64,000 bases of DNA from contig DASQZM010000043.1 of the NCBI GenBank assembly GCA_035638695.1, positions 22,795 through 86,794 of the forward strand, in the 5' to 3' direction. Below, in pieces: positions 51,505 to 64,000 of this stretch (within the stretch, counting starts at the first letter, position 1; each line of letters begins with the position of its first letter). Both the position numbers and the translations under genes were made by a program. Below the pieces are notes generated by a model. The model was not told the DNA's origin. It did no database searches and was given only the letters and a program-made list of their open reading frames with translations. This stretch comes from Gammaproteobacteria bacterium. Lineage in GTDB: Bacteria > Pseudomonadota > Gammaproteobacteria > UBA5335 > SLRW01.

Positions 51505-52851
51505 TTATTTCCCGACGCAGAAGCTGGAGAAGATCCTCCCCAGCAGGTCCTCCGTGGTCACCACGCCGGTGATCTCGCCGAGGGCCTGCTGGGCCTGGCG
51601 CAGGTCCTCGGCGACCAGTTCGGGCTCGTGGCTGGCAAGCGCGCGGGCCGCGTCGTGCAGCGAGCGGTTCACCCGCTCCAGTGCCTCGAGATGTCGGCGG
51701 CGTGCGCTGAAGCCGCTCTGCTCCGGGCCCCGGTATCCCATGCACTGTTTGAGATGCTCCCGGAGTTCCGGCAGCCCGGCCCCGGTCAGCACCGACACCC
51801 GCAGGGCGGGCGGTTCGCTGCCCGGCACCGGCCCGGCTGCCGTGCCCCCCAAGTCGACCTTGTTGCGCACCAGCGTGACCTCGCAGTGCTCCGGCAGCGC
51901 CCGGAGCAGCCCGGCGGGCGCCGCCTCGGCCGAGCTGTCCTCCACCATCAGCAGCACCCGGTCCGCCGTCTCGATTTCGCCGCGGGCCCGACGGATCCCC
52001 TCCGCCTCGACGGCATCCGGGCTGTCCCGCAGCCCGGCGGTGTCGACGATGTGCAGCGGGAGTCCGTCGAGCTGGATGTGCTCGCGCAGCACGTCGCGGG
52101 TGGTGCCGGGAACCTCGCTGACGATGGCGGCGTCGTGGCCGGCCAGGTAGTTGAGCAGGCTCGACTTGCCGACGTTCGGTGGACCGGCCAGTACCACGCG
52201 CATGCCCTCCTGCATCAGGCGGCCCTGGCGCGCCTGGTCCCGGAGCTCGCCGGCGTGGCCGAGCAGCTCCTCGATGCGGGCCCTGATGCGGCCGCCGTCC
52301 AGCAGATCCAGCTCCTCGTCCGGGAAGTCCATCGCGGCTTCGATGAACGCCCGGAGCTCGGTCAGGGCGTCCGCGAGGTCGGCCACCCGGCGCGAGAGCG
52401 CGCCCTCCAGCGACCGCAGCGCCGCCCGCGCCGCTTCGCGTGAGCCGCTGGCAACGAGATCCGCCACCGCTTCGGCCTGGGCGAGGTCGAGCTTGCCGTT
52501 GAGAAAGGCCCGCTGGGTGAACTCGCCGGCCCGGGCCGGGCGCGCGCCCAGGGCGAGGCAGCGTTCCAGGACCGCATCCAGCACTACCGGCCCCCCGTGA
52601 CCGTGCAGCTCCAGCACGTCCTCGCCGGTAAAGGAGCGCGGGCCCGGGAAGTACAGCGCGAGGCCGTCGTCGAGAGCTTCGCCCGCCGCGCCCAGGAACC
52701 GGCGGTGCCACGCGAGCCTCGGGCGCGGGAGTCCGCCCAGGAGGGCCCCGGCGATCCCGACGACGGCCGGACCGGAAACGCGGACGATGCCCAAGCCGCC
52801 GACACCCGGAGGGGTCGCGATGGCCGCAATGGTATCCGGGTCAGCGGGCAC
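51505..52851 (-). CDS. mnmE: tRNA modification GTPase MnmE (TrmE)
   Basis: DTIAAIATPPG..., GPPNVGKSSLLN, DTAGLR, C-terminal FCVGK. The preferred start is the GTG at 52851 (GGGGGA 6 nt upstream). The ATG at 52947 would add about 32 non-conserved residues and overlap yidC by 64 nt. Confidence 0.92.
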   Translation of the reverse strand: MPADPDTIAAIATPPGVGGLGIVRVSGPAVVGIAGALLGGLPRPRLAWHRRFLGAAGEALDDGLALYFPGPRSFTGEDVLELHGHGGPVVLDAVLERCLALGARPARAGEFTQRAFLNGKLDLAQAEAVADLVASGSREAARAALRSLEGALSRRVADLADALTELRAFIEAAMDFPDEELDLLDGGRIRARIEELLGHAGELRDQARQGRLMQEGMRVVLAGPPNVGKSSLLNYLAGHDAAIVSEVPGTTRDVLREHIQLDGLPLHIVDTAGLRDSPDAVEAEGIRRARGEIETADRVLLMVEDSSAEAAPAGLLRALPEHCEVTLVRNKVDLGGTAAGPVPGSEPPALRVSVLTGAGLPELREHLKQCMGYRGPEQSGFSARRRHLEALERVNRSLHDAARALASHEPELVAEDLRQAQQALGEITGVVTTEDLLGRIFSSFCVGK

Positions 52852-52883
52852 GGCATCCCCCGAGAAGGACCTGCCAGGGGACG

Positions 52884-54647
52884 TCAGGCCTTCTTCTTGC
52901 GTCGGTGACGGTCGCTGCCGTCCTCCATCCGCTTCATGATGAACCATTGCTGGGCAATGCTCAGCACGTTGTTGGTCAACCAGTAGAGCACCAGTCCCGA
53001 CGGGAAGAAAGCGAAGAAGATGGACAGCCCGATGGGCATGAACATCATGATCTTCTGCTGCGTCGGATCCATGGTCATAGCCGAAGCGCTGAGCTTCTGC
53101 TGGAAGAACATGCTGATGCCGAACAGGATCGGCAGCACGTAGTACGGATCCGGGCTGGTCAGGTCCTGGATCCAGAACATGAACGGAGCGTGGCGCAGCT
53201 CCACGCTCTGCAGCAGCACCCAGTACAGCGCCAGGAATACCGGCAGCTGGACGATCAGCGGCAGGCAGCCCCCCAACGGGTTGAATTTCTCCTGCCGGTA
53301 GAGCTGCATCATTTCCTGGTTCAGCTTCTGCTTGTCGTCGCCGTACCGCTCCCGCAGGGCCTTGATGCGCGGGGCGAACTTGCGCATCTTGGCCATCGAG
53401 CGGTACTGGGCTTCCGACAACTTGTAGAACGCCGCTTTGATCAGCACCGTCAGGCCGATGATGGCCCAGCCCCAGTTCCCGAGCAGCATGTGCAGCTTCG
53501 ACAGCAGCCAGAACAGCGGCTTGGCAATGACCGTCAACATGCCGTAATCGACGGTCAGGTCCAGCCCCTTGGCGATCGAAGCCAGGCGGTTCTGGAGCTG
53601 GGGGCCGACGTACAGGCGGCTGTCGAGGGTCGTATCCTGGCCGGGGCCAACCTCGTGCGAAGGGGCAACGAAGCCCATCACGTATCGGTCGTCGCCGATC
53701 TGCTTGCCGTACAGGAAGTCCTCCGCACCCGAGGGCGGAATGGCGGCGCCCACGAAGTACTGCTGGACCATCGCGACCCAGCCGCCGTGCGTACTCTGCT
53801 TGACCGGGCTGCCCTTGAGATCGCCGTAGGACACCTTCTCGTACTTGCCGGTGTAGTACGCGCCGCCCTTGAAGGTATGCTCGTGAAACATGCCGGTGAG
53901 GCCGTGGTGGGCCGCAACGTGGCGACGCTCAAGCTGGCTGTACTGGCGCACGGTCAGTGGCTTGCCGGTGGCGTTGTGGATCTGGTACTTCACCCCGATG
54001 GTGTACTTGCCCCGCTGCAAGGTATAGACCTTGGTGACGCTGATGCCGTCCTTGCGCCAGTGCAGGGGCACGGTGACGGTGTCGCTACCCTTGGCGAGCC
54101 GGTAATGCGTGCGCGCCACCCGGTAGCTGCTGTGGTGATTGGGGACCTCGGCGCCCGAGGGCGACAGCAGACCGTTCTGGGCGACATAGAGACCGGAGGG
54201 GTCGGCCGTCAGGAGCCGGAACGGCACGTTGGGGTTGTTCGACGACTCCGAATACTTGCTCAGGCTGGCGTCCCGGATGCCCCCGCCGAGGGTGGAGATC
54301 ACCACGTGGAGGACGTCGGTGTCGACGTGAACCAGGGTGCCCTGCTGCGCGGACTGCCGGGTCGGGCTAGTCGCCGCGCCGGCGCTGCCCGAGCTTTTCT
54401 TCGCACTGCTCTGCGGGGCGCTCGGCAAGCCGCTTTGCGCTTGGCTGGACTGCGCGGATTCCTTGCCGGTTTTCTTCGCGGCTGCCGCCGACGCCCGGCT
54501 CGCGCCGGTGCCCTGGCCCTGCTGCTGTGTCGCGGCCGGCGGCTTCGGGGGCGGCGCCGTCTGGCCATAGTCGTGCTGCCACGACTGCCACAGAAGGAAG
54601 CCGACGAACGCCAGGGCGGCCAGCAGGAAATACCGCAGGTTATCCAT
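52884..54647 (-). CDS. yidC: Membrane protein insertase YidC
   Basis: 587 aa: MDNLRYFLLAALAFVGFLLWQSW..., a large periplasmic domain, and the C-terminal 5-TM core. Confidence 0.95.
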   Translation of the reverse strand: MDNLRYFLLAALAFVGFLLWQSWQHDYGQTAPPPKPPAATQQQGQGTGASRASAAAAKKTGKESAQSSQAQSGLPSAPQSSAKKSSGSAGAATSPTRQSAQQGTLVHVDTDVLHVVISTLGGGIRDASLSKYSESSNNPNVPFRLLTADPSGLYVAQNGLLSPSGAEVPNHHSSYRVARTHYRLAKGSDTVTVPLHWRKDGISVTKVYTLQRGKYTIGVKYQIHNATGKPLTVRQYSQLERRHVAAHHGLTGMFHEHTFKGGAYYTGKYEKVSYGDLKGSPVKQSTHGGWVAMVQQYFVGAAIPPSGAEDFLYGKQIGDDRYVMGFVAPSHEVGPGQDTTLDSRLYVGPQLQNRLASIAKGLDLTVDYGMLTVIAKPLFWLLSKLHMLLGNWGWAIIGLTVLIKAAFYKLSEAQYRSMAKMRKFAPRIKALRERYGDDKQKLNQEMMQLYRQEKFNPLGGCLPLIVQLPVFLALYWVLLQSVELRHAPFMFWIQDLTSPDPYYVLPILFGISMFFQQKLSASAMTMDPTQQKIMMFMPIGLSIFFAFFPSGLVLYWLTNNVLSIAQQWFIMKRMEDGSDRHRRKKKA

Positions 54648-54876
54648 GGGTGGAGCTCTTGGGGGATTCGGGAACGGGATCGTACCCGCCCGGAAATCCG
54701 GGATGACAGCGTGCCACGCGGCAGATGGCCAGCCAGCCGCCCCGCAGAGTGCCGTGCCGCCGGAGCGCCTCGAGCGTGTATTGCGAGCAGCTGGGATAGT
54801 AGCGGCAGTGTGGCCCGAGCAGGGGGCTCACCACGAGCCGATAGGCCTTAACCAGAACAATCAGCAGGAACCGCAT
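54640..54876 (-). CDS. yidD: Membrane protein insertion efficiency factor YidD
   Basis: LVKAYRLVVSPLLGPHCRYYPSCSQYTLEAL...HG. Confidence 0.9.
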   Translation of the reverse strand: MRFLLIVLVKAYRLVVSPLLGPHCRYYPSCSQYTLEALRRHGTLRGGWLAICRVARCHPGFPGGYDPVPESPKSSTHG

Positions 54877-55220
54877 CGTTGCGTCAGCCTTTCCCAGTGC
54901 CGCTCGAGACTTGCCCGCAGGCGTGCCGCGTCCGCCGCCGCGGCTGCCGGGCGCGCCATGACTACCAGGTCGACGGCCGGCAGCTGCTCGCGGTGCCGGC
55001 GGAAGCTTTCCCGGATGATCCGCTTGAGACGGTTGCGCTGGACCGAATTCCCCGCCCGCCGGACGGAAATCGCGAGCCCGAGGCGGGCGGCGCCGGCGTC
55101 GTTGCTCCGCGCCAGCACCGTAAAGCAGGAGTCCGCGGAGCGTTCAGCCTGCTGGAACACCCGCCGGAACTCGGCCTGGTGCAGAAGCCGCGCGGTGCGG
55201 GGAAAGCGGGCGCGAGACAT
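54861..55220 (-). CDS. rnpA: Ribonuclease P protein component
   Basis: 119 aa, basic: ISVRRAGNSVQRNRLKRIIRE (RNR motif). Sits between rpmH and yidD. Confidence 0.92.
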   Translation of the reverse strand: MSRARFPRTARLLHQAEFRRVFQQAERSADSCFTVLARSNDAGAARLGLAISVRRAGNSVQRNRLKRIIRESFRRHREQLPAVDLVVMARPAAAAADAARLRASLERHWERLTQRCGSC

Positions 55221-55236
55221 GGGCCGCCGGGCGGCC

Positions 55237-55371
55237 CTAGACGGTGAGACGGTGACGACCCTTGGCCCGCCGTGCCTTGAGAACCTGCCTTCCGCGCCGC
55301 GTCGCCATCCGCGCGCGGAACCCGTGGGTTCGCTTGCGCTTGATGTTGCTGGGCTGAAACGTTCTCTTCAT
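55237..55371 (-). CDS. rpmH: 50S ribosomal protein L34
   Basis: [44 protein letters not shown], the last 44 codons of ORF 55237..56325. Confidence 0.95.
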   Translation of the reverse strand: MKRTFQPSNIKRKRTHGFRARMATRRGRQVLKARRAKGRHRLTV

Positions 55372-55499
55372 AGTGCCTACCGGTACCTGATTCTGCTGCG
55401 GGGAGCTGGCTTCCATCGCCCGGGAAACCGGCGAGGGAAGCGCGTGAGGGTACTTGGTGCCGACCGGCGGTGTCAACCGCCGGGTGGCTCCCGGGAGGC

Positions 55500-55508
55500 T
55501 GTGGATAA
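55500..55508 (-). promoter_or_regulatory. Perfect DnaA box (TGTGGATAA = TTATCCACA) upstream of dnaA
   Basis: Exact 9-mer in the rpmH-dnaA intergenic region, 113 nt upstream of the dnaA GTG. A TATAGA -10-like hexamer lies at 55523-55528. Confidence 0.7.
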
Positions 55509-55620
55509 GCGGGTGCCACGGGTATAGACTGCTCTGTGCGGCCGGCGAAAAGTGCGGGGTAAGCACTGGCCGCTCCGGCTCCGTCAGATGCACTGCAGCC
55601 CACGTCCGCTCGAGGGGAAG

Positions 55621-56973
55621 GTGAACGTTTCCTTGTGGAACCAATGTATCCGTTACCTCGAAGGCCAGGTGCCGGAGCAGCAGCTCAACACCTGGATCCG
55701 TCCCCTGCAGGCGGTCGAGGAAGACGGCAACCTTCACATCTTTGCCCCCAACCGGTTCGTGCTCGACTGGGTGCACGAGAACTTCCTGTCGCTGATCCGG
55801 GATGTTGTCGCCGACCTGAACGGGGACGGGCAGGCGCAGGTGACGCTGGAGGTAGGCGCTGCCGCAGGTGGGCCCCGGGAGCGCCGGGCGGGCGAGCACG
55901 GGCACGCTGGACGCGAGGCGTGGCCGACGGGGGGGCGCCGGGAACCGGCGAGGGGCAACCGGCTCAACCGGAACTTTACCTTCGAGACTTTCGTCGAGGG
56001 CAAGTCGAACCAGCTGGCGGTCGCCGCAGCCCGGCAGGTGGCGGAGAACCCGGGTGAGGCCTATAACCCGCTGTTCCTCTACGGCGGTGTCGGGCTGGGC
56101 AAGACCCATCTGATGCACGCGGTCGGCAATCGCCTGCGTAACCTGAACCGGGAGGCGAGGGTCGTCTACCTGCATTCCGAGAGCTTCGTCGCCGATATGG
56201 TGAAGGCGCTCCAGCACAACCGGATCAACGAGTTCAAGGCGTTCTACCGCGCCGTTGACGCGTTGCTGATCGACGATATCCAGTTCTTCGCCGGCAAGGA
56301 GCGCTCGCAGGAAGAATTCTTCCACACGTTCAATTCCCTGCTCGAGGGCCAGCAGCAGGTGATTCTAAGCTGCGACCGCTATCCGAAGGAGGTGAACGGG
56401 CTGGAAGAGCGTCTCAAGTCCCGCTTCGGTTGGGGCCTGACCGTTTCGATCGAACCGCCGGAGCTCGAGACACGCGTGGCCATCCTGATGAAAAAGGCGG
56501 AGCAGAGCCGGGTCTGCCTGCCGGACGAGGTCGCGTTCTTCGTCGCCAAACGCATCCGCTCCAACGTCCGTGAACTCGAGGGCGCCCTACGCCGCGTCGT
56601 CGCGAACGCACATTTCACCGGGCAGCCGATCACGCTGGACTTCGCGAAGGACGCGCTCAAGGACCTGCTGGCGCTGCAGGAGAAACTGGTCACCATCGAG
56701 AACATCCAGAGAACGGTGGCGGAGTACTACAAGATGCGCAGCTCCGACCTCCTGTCGACGAAGCGCAGCCGCTCCATCGCGCGTCCCAGGCAGATCGCGA
56801 TGGCGCTGGCGAAGGAGCTCACGAGCCACAGTCTGCCGGAAATCGGCGAACAGTTCGGGGGCCGGGACCACACCACGGTCCTGCACGCGTGCCGCCGCGT
56901 GAAGGCCCTGTGTGAAAGCGACGCCAGATGCGAGGAAGACTACGCCAACCTGTTGCGGACGCTGACGAGCTGA
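55621..56973 (+). CDS. dnaA: Chromosomal replication initiator DnaA
   Basis: The GTG at 55621 is preceded by [20 protein letters not shown]..., [10 protein letters not shown] (Walker A), LLIDDIQF, C-terminal [11 protein letters not shown]-binding helix. Confidence 0.95.
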   Translation: MNVSLWNQCIRYLEGQVPEQQLNTWIRPLQAVEEDGNLHIFAPNRFVLDWVHENFLSLIRDVVADLNGDGQAQVTLEVGAAAGGPRERRAGEHGHAGREAWPTGGRREPARGNRLNRNFTFETFVEGKSNQLAVAAARQVAENPGEAYNPLFLYGGVGLGKTHLMHAVGNRLRNLNREARVVYLHSESFVADMVKALQHNRINEFKAFYRAVDALLIDDIQFFAGKERSQEEFFHTFNSLLEGQQQVILSCDRYPKEVNGLEERLKSRFGWGLTVSIEPPELETRVAILMKKAEQSRVCLPDEVAFFVAKRIRSNVRELEGALRRVVANAHFTGQPITLDFAKDALKDLLALQEKLVTIENIQRTVAEYYKMRSSDLLSTKRSRSIARPRQIAMALAKELTSHSLPEIGEQFGGRDHTTVLHACRRVKALCESDARCEEDYANLLRTLTS

Positions 56974-56993
56974 TGGCCAACCTGGGGATCGGA

Positions 56994-57002
56994 TGTGGAT
57001 AA
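56994..57002 (-). promoter_or_regulatory. Perfect DnaA box (TGTGGATAA) in dnaA-dnaN intergenic region
   Basis: Exact 9-mer 21 nt after the dnaA stop. A 7/9 box TTTTCCACC lies at 57064-57072, and a 38-nt patch of about 24% GC at 57162-57199. Confidence 0.7.
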
Positions 57003-57239
57003 CCGTTGCGCAAGATGTGAACGCGACGGCAGCGACGCAGCGCAACGGAATCGGTCCAACAGTTTTCCACCGACCGCCCACAGGAGGTAAACCGGCCTTG
57101 GCGGGCGCAAGTCTCTGGGTGGGAAGGCATTAACGCAACAGTCCCCGGGCTGACGACGGGCTAATAATAATAGAGTAAAGAACAGGAACTTCATTTTGAC
57201 TGGTGGACGGGCGATTAACCAGGACGGGCTGGCAGAGCG

Positions 57240-58340
57240 ATGAAATTCGAGATCGAACGCGAAGAATTGCTGAAGCCACTGCAAGCAATCGTCGGGGTGG
57301 TCGAGAAGCGGCAGACGATGCCGGTGCTATCGAACGTGCTCCTGGCGGTGCGGGACGACGGGCTGTCGGTAACGGCCACCGACCTCGAGGTGGAGCTGGT
57401 CGCACGGGCCGGGCTGGAAAATGCGCACCCGGGCGCCGTAACGGTGCCGGGACGGAAGCTCGTGGACATCGTCCGGACGCTGCCGGAAGGCGCAACCGTG
57501 GCGATGGAGCTGGAGGGGGACAAGGTGACGATCCGGTCCGGGCGGAGCCGCTTCACCCTGAGCACGTTGCCGGCGGCCGAGTTTCCCGTGGTGGAAGAGA
57601 TTCACGGACTGTTGGAGCTTCAGGTGGGCCAGGCCGGGCTGAAGCGTCTTTGTGGCCAGACTGCGTTCGCCATGGCGCACCAGGACGTGAGGTATTACCT
57701 GAACGGCCTGCTGATGGAATTTCGGTCGGACATGCTCCGGGCGGTCGGCACGGACGGGCACAGGTTGGCGCTGTGTGACGTGGAGGCGGCGACGGGTGAA
57801 TCGGAGCTGCGCCAGGTTATCGTGCCGCGCAAGGGGGTGGTCGAGCTGCAGCGGCTGCTGGGGGAAGATGACGAGCCGGCGCACCTGGAGGTGAGCACGA
57901 ACCATGTGCGGGTGACTCTGGGGGACCTGCGCTTCACCTCGAAGCTGATCGACGGGCGCTTCCCTGACTACGAGCGGGTGATTCCCCGGGACGGGGACAA
58001 GTACGTGGAGGTTGACCGGCAGTTGTTGCGGCAGGCGCTGGCGCGTGCGGCAATCCTCTCGAACGATAAGTATCGGGGAATCCGTTTGCAGCTGGCTGCC
58101 GGGCGGCTGGCGATTCAGGCGCATAACCCGGAGCAGGAGTCCGCGGAAGAGGAGTTGGAGGTGGGGTATGAGGGCGATGGTGTGGAAGTGGGCTTTAACG
58201 TGAATTACCTGCTGGATCCGCTTGCGGCGCTGGAGGGTGAGTCGGTGGAGCTGATCCTGAAGGATGCGAACAGCAGCTGTTTGATCCAGGCGCCGGGCAA
58301 CCCGAGCAGCCGACATGTTGTGATGCCAATGCGACTCTGA
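57240..58340 (+). CDS. dnaN: DNA polymerase III beta sliding clamp
   Basis: MKFEIEREELLKPLQAIVGVVEKRQTMPVLSNVLL..., 366 aa. Confidence 0.97.
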   Translation: MKFEIEREELLKPLQAIVGVVEKRQTMPVLSNVLLAVRDDGLSVTATDLEVELVARAGLENAHPGAVTVPGRKLVDIVRTLPEGATVAMELEGDKVTIRSGRSRFTLSTLPAAEFPVVEEIHGLLELQVGQAGLKRLCGQTAFAMAHQDVRYYLNGLLMEFRSDMLRAVGTDGHRLALCDVEAATGESELRQVIVPRKGVVELQRLLGEDDEPAHLEVSTNHVRVTLGDLRFTSKLIDGRFPDYERVIPRDGDKYVEVDRQLLRQALARAAILSNDKYRGIRLQLAAGRLAIQAHNPEQESAEEELEVGYEGDGVEVGFNVNYLLDPLAALEGESVELILKDANSSCLIQAPGNPSSRHVVMPMRL

Positions 58341-58348
58341 GCGACAGG

Positions 58349-61872
<3,524 letters not shown>

Positions 61873-62013
61873 GGCGTCCGAGGCTGGCCGCGGAGACCGT
61901 GCCGCCCAGGGCCCCGCGCCTGTCCAATCGATAATTCCAGTTCGGTCAGGTCGTTACGGGCCAACTGCCGTCCCGGACAGGTGCTTTCCCGGGCCCGTGT
62001 GCCGGGATCGGCG

Positions 62014-62823
62014 TCAGCGCGGCGCGCGCCGGGATCCAGCTGAACGTCCCACCCGCGCTTTCCCCCGACGCGCGCCGCACGGCCTCGGCCGCGCTGCCAG
62101 CGCCTCGGTATTCGTGTCGATCCACTGCTTGGCACGAGCGTTGATCTCCCGCGGCTTGAGCCCGGCGGTATCGATCGCCGGCCCGATACGCACGCGAACG
62201 ATACCTGGCTTGATCAGGATGCGGCCGCGCAGCCAGTGCTCGCCGGCGTTGTGCGCGACCGGCACCACGGGGGCTTCGGTCTCCGCGGCGAGCATCGCGC
62301 CACCGGCCCCGAACGAACGGGTCCGGCCCGGGGGTACCCGGGTACCCTCAGGAAAGACCACCACCCAGATTCCCTGCCGGAGCCGTGTGCGTCCCTGGCG
62401 TACCACCTCCCGTAGCGCGCGCTTTCCGGAGCTCCGATCGATCGCGATCGGAGCTGCCGAACGCAGGCCCCAGCCGAACACGGGGATTCGCAGCAACTCC
62501 CGCTTGAGTACCCAGGTCTGCGGCGGCATCACCTTCTGGGTGAGCAGGGTCTCGAGCATCGACTGGTGCTTGCAGAACACGATCGCCGGTCCCGCAGGCA
62601 GATTCCCGGTACCTTCGTACTCTACCCGGACGCGGCACAGCCAACGCAGGCAGAAGCGCTGCACCGCAATCCAACTGTATATCAGCGGGTAGCGCATGCC
62701 ATAGGGCAGGGGAAGAGCCAGCACCAGGAGGACCACCCAGACCGGGATCGTAACCGCCGCCTGCGCGTAATAAACGAGTGACCCCGCCAGCGCTTTCGGG
62801 CTTGCCCTTTCGCCCGGCGTCAT
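62014..62823 (-). CDS. plsC: 1-acyl-sn-glycerol-3-phosphate acyltransferase
   Basis: FCKHQSMLE (HX4-acidic block) and VVFPEGTR block. The ATG overlaps the gmhB stop (ATGA). Same position as PA0005 in the Pseudomonas origin region. Confidence 0.85.
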   Translation of the reverse strand: MTPGERASPKALAGSLVYYAQAAVTIPVWVVLLVLALPLPYGMRYPLIYSWIAVQRFCLRWLCRVRVEYEGTGNLPAGPAIVFCKHQSMLETLLTQKVMPPQTWVLKRELLRIPVFGWGLRSAAPIAIDRSSGKRALREVVRQGRTRLRQGIWVVVFPEGTRVPPGRTRSFGAGGAMLAAETEAPVVPVAHNAGEHWLRGRILIKPGIVRVRIGPAIDTAGLKPREINARAKQWIDTNTEALAARPRPCGARRGKARVGRSAGSRRAPR

Positions 62824-63380
62824 GGGCGTGACTCGGCGGCCCTGCCAGCCTCGGCCAGCGCGAGGGAAAGCTCATTCAAATCCCGGTAGACGGGCACGTC
62901 CGGCCGCTCGTCCAGTGCGGCCAGGGTGGCTTCCCCCCGGCCCGTGCGCACCAGCACCGGGCGGGCCCCGGCGCTGATCGCAGCTTCCAGGTCTCCCAGC
63001 TGGTCGCCGACCACCAGCACCTCCTCCAGCTCCGTCTGGAAGCGCCGGCCGATGTCCTCGAGCAGTCCGGGCCGCGGCTTGCGGCAGTGACAGTCGTCCT
63101 CGGGCAGATGGGGACAGAAGAACAGACCGTCGACGCTGCCACCGAGGGCGGCGAGCTCCCGCTGCATCCGGCGATGGATGGCAAACAGCACGTCGGGCGT
63201 GATCAGCCCGCGGCCGATCGCGGGCTGATCGCTCGCAATCACCAGCCGGTGGCCGGTCTGCGCCAGGCGGACCATCGCCTCGAGGCTGCCCGGGATCGGG
63301 ACCCAGGCCTCGGCGGACGCCAGGTAATCCTCGACCTCCTCGTTCACCACCCCGTCCCGGTCGAGAACGATCAGGCTCAT
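62820..63380 (-). CDS. gmhB: D-glycero-beta-D-manno-heptose-1,7-bisphosphate 7-phosphatase
   Basis: ATG at 63380: MSLIVLDRDGVVNEE...FFCPHLPEDDCHCRKPRPGLL (Zn-binding Cys cluster)...VVGDQLGDLEAA. Confidence 0.88.
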   Translation of the reverse strand: MSLIVLDRDGVVNEEVEDYLASAEAWVPIPGSLEAMVRLAQTGHRLVIASDQPAIGRGLITPDVLFAIHRRMQRELAALGGSVDGLFFCPHLPEDDCHCRKPRPGLLEDIGRRFQTELEEVLVVGDQLGDLEAAISAGARPVLVRTGRGEATLAALDERPDVPVYRDLNELSLALAEAGRAAESRP

Positions 63381-64000
63381 GCCGCCACCCCGGGCTGCAG
63401 GCGCGAGATGTCCGCGATCTCCAGGAACCGTGCCTGTATTGATTGCAGCAGGGCCAGGCGATTCCTTCGCAGCTGCGCGTCGCCGGTCATCACCATGACC
63501 CGGTCGAAGAACTCGTCGACAGCCTCCCGCAACTCCGCCAGCGTGGCCAGCGCACCGGTGTAGTCGCCGCTCCCGACCAGCCTGGACAGCCGCTCCCGGC
63601 GCACTTCCAAAGCCCGGTCCAGGGCGCGCTCTTCCGGCGTTTCCAGCGCGCCGCGGTCCACCGCGTTGTCGAGGTCCTCGGGATCGGCCTTGCGCAGGAT
63701 ATTGCCGATGCGCTTGTTGGCGGCCGCCAACGCCTCGGCCTCGGGCAACTCCAGGAAAGCCTCGACCGCGCGCAGCCGGCGCTGGAAATCCGGCGGCGAC
63801 ACCGGCCGGCGGGCCAGCACGGCGTCGAACACATCCGCCCGGATGCCCTGCTCCTGGGCGTGCGCCCGCAGCCGCTCGAACATGAAATCGTAAAGCTCGT
63901 CGGGCAGCCCGGCATCGCTCTCCATCGGCTGCAGCCGGCATGCTTCTACCAGCAGCTCCGGCAGGGACAGCGCGAGCTCCGCCTCGGTCAGGATCCGCAT
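63377..64000 (-). CDS. glyS: Glycine-tRNA ligase beta subunit, C-terminal part (5' end beyond window)
   Basis: The frame is open to nt 64000: AANKRIGNILRKA...VMVMTGDAQLRRNRLALLQSIQARFLEIADISRL. The stop overlaps the gmhB start. Confidence 0.92.
   Translation of the reverse strand: MRILTEAELALSLPELLVEACRLQPMESDAGLPDELYDFMFERLRAHAQEQGIRADVFDAVLARRPVSPPDFQRRLRAVEAFLELPEAEALAAANKRIGNILRKADPEDLDNAVDRGALETPEERALDRALEVRRERLSRLVGSGDYTGALATLAELREAVDEFFDRVMVMTGDAQLRRNRLALLQSIQARFLEIADISRLQPGVAA

Noticed and set aside
52852-52947. ATG-initiated 32-aa N-terminal extension of mnmE
   Set aside because: The extension is non-conserved (MVHHEADGGRQRPSPTQEEG...) and would overlap yidC by 64 nt. The GTG at 52851, with a GGGGGA SD, gives the canonical MnmE N-terminus (xPADPDTIAAIATPPG).

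Overview
High-GC (by eye about two-thirds G+C) chromosomal segment with gammaproteobacterial gene order. I count about 48 protein-coding genes plus one probable fixL pseudogene, and found no tRNA, rRNA or CRISPR array. The right third (49.5-64 kb) is the origin-proximal core: mnmG, mnmE, yidC, yidD, rnpA and rpmH on the minus strand, then dnaA, dnaN, recF and gyrB on the plus strand, followed by plsC-gmhB-glyS as in Pseudomonas. There is one perfect DnaA box on each side of dnaA. The middle (27.8-49.5 kb) is mostly housekeeping or accessory: plant-type gshA, a Lon-like protease with degenerate Walker motifs plus a coupled USP-like protein, alkA-like glycosylase, two back-to-back MacB-type tripartite ABC exporters, metY, nudF-thpR, fxsA, an acyl-CoA dehydrogenase, purEK and a PA0069-type radical SAM gene. 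The most unusual part is 6.7-27.8 kb. An oxygen-sensing regulatory block (a decayed FixL heme-PAS relic, intact fixJ, an orphan receiver and a 4-Cys FNR) is flanked on both sides by trehalose and alpha-glucan genes. On one side is a GH65 phosphorylase translationally coupled to a beta-PGM/T6P-phosphatase fusion. On the other is a roughly 13.8 kb, tightly stop/start-coupled gene string: DUF2934 protein, two-repeat unknown protein, TreT-like synthase, GlgX, TreZ, a 1699-aa MalQ-TreY fusion, PolX and an Fpg/Nei glycosylase. A near-consensus FNR box sits at class II spacing (-41.5) in front of this string. My best candidate for an undescribed system is therefore an FNR-controlled trehalose plus base-excision-repair stress operon. 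A 164-bp MITE-like heptad inverted-repeat element lies between two convergent terminators at 32.7 kb. All family calls come from reading the translations, with no database search run. The long ORFs antisense to real genes are treated as GC-rich shadow ORFs.
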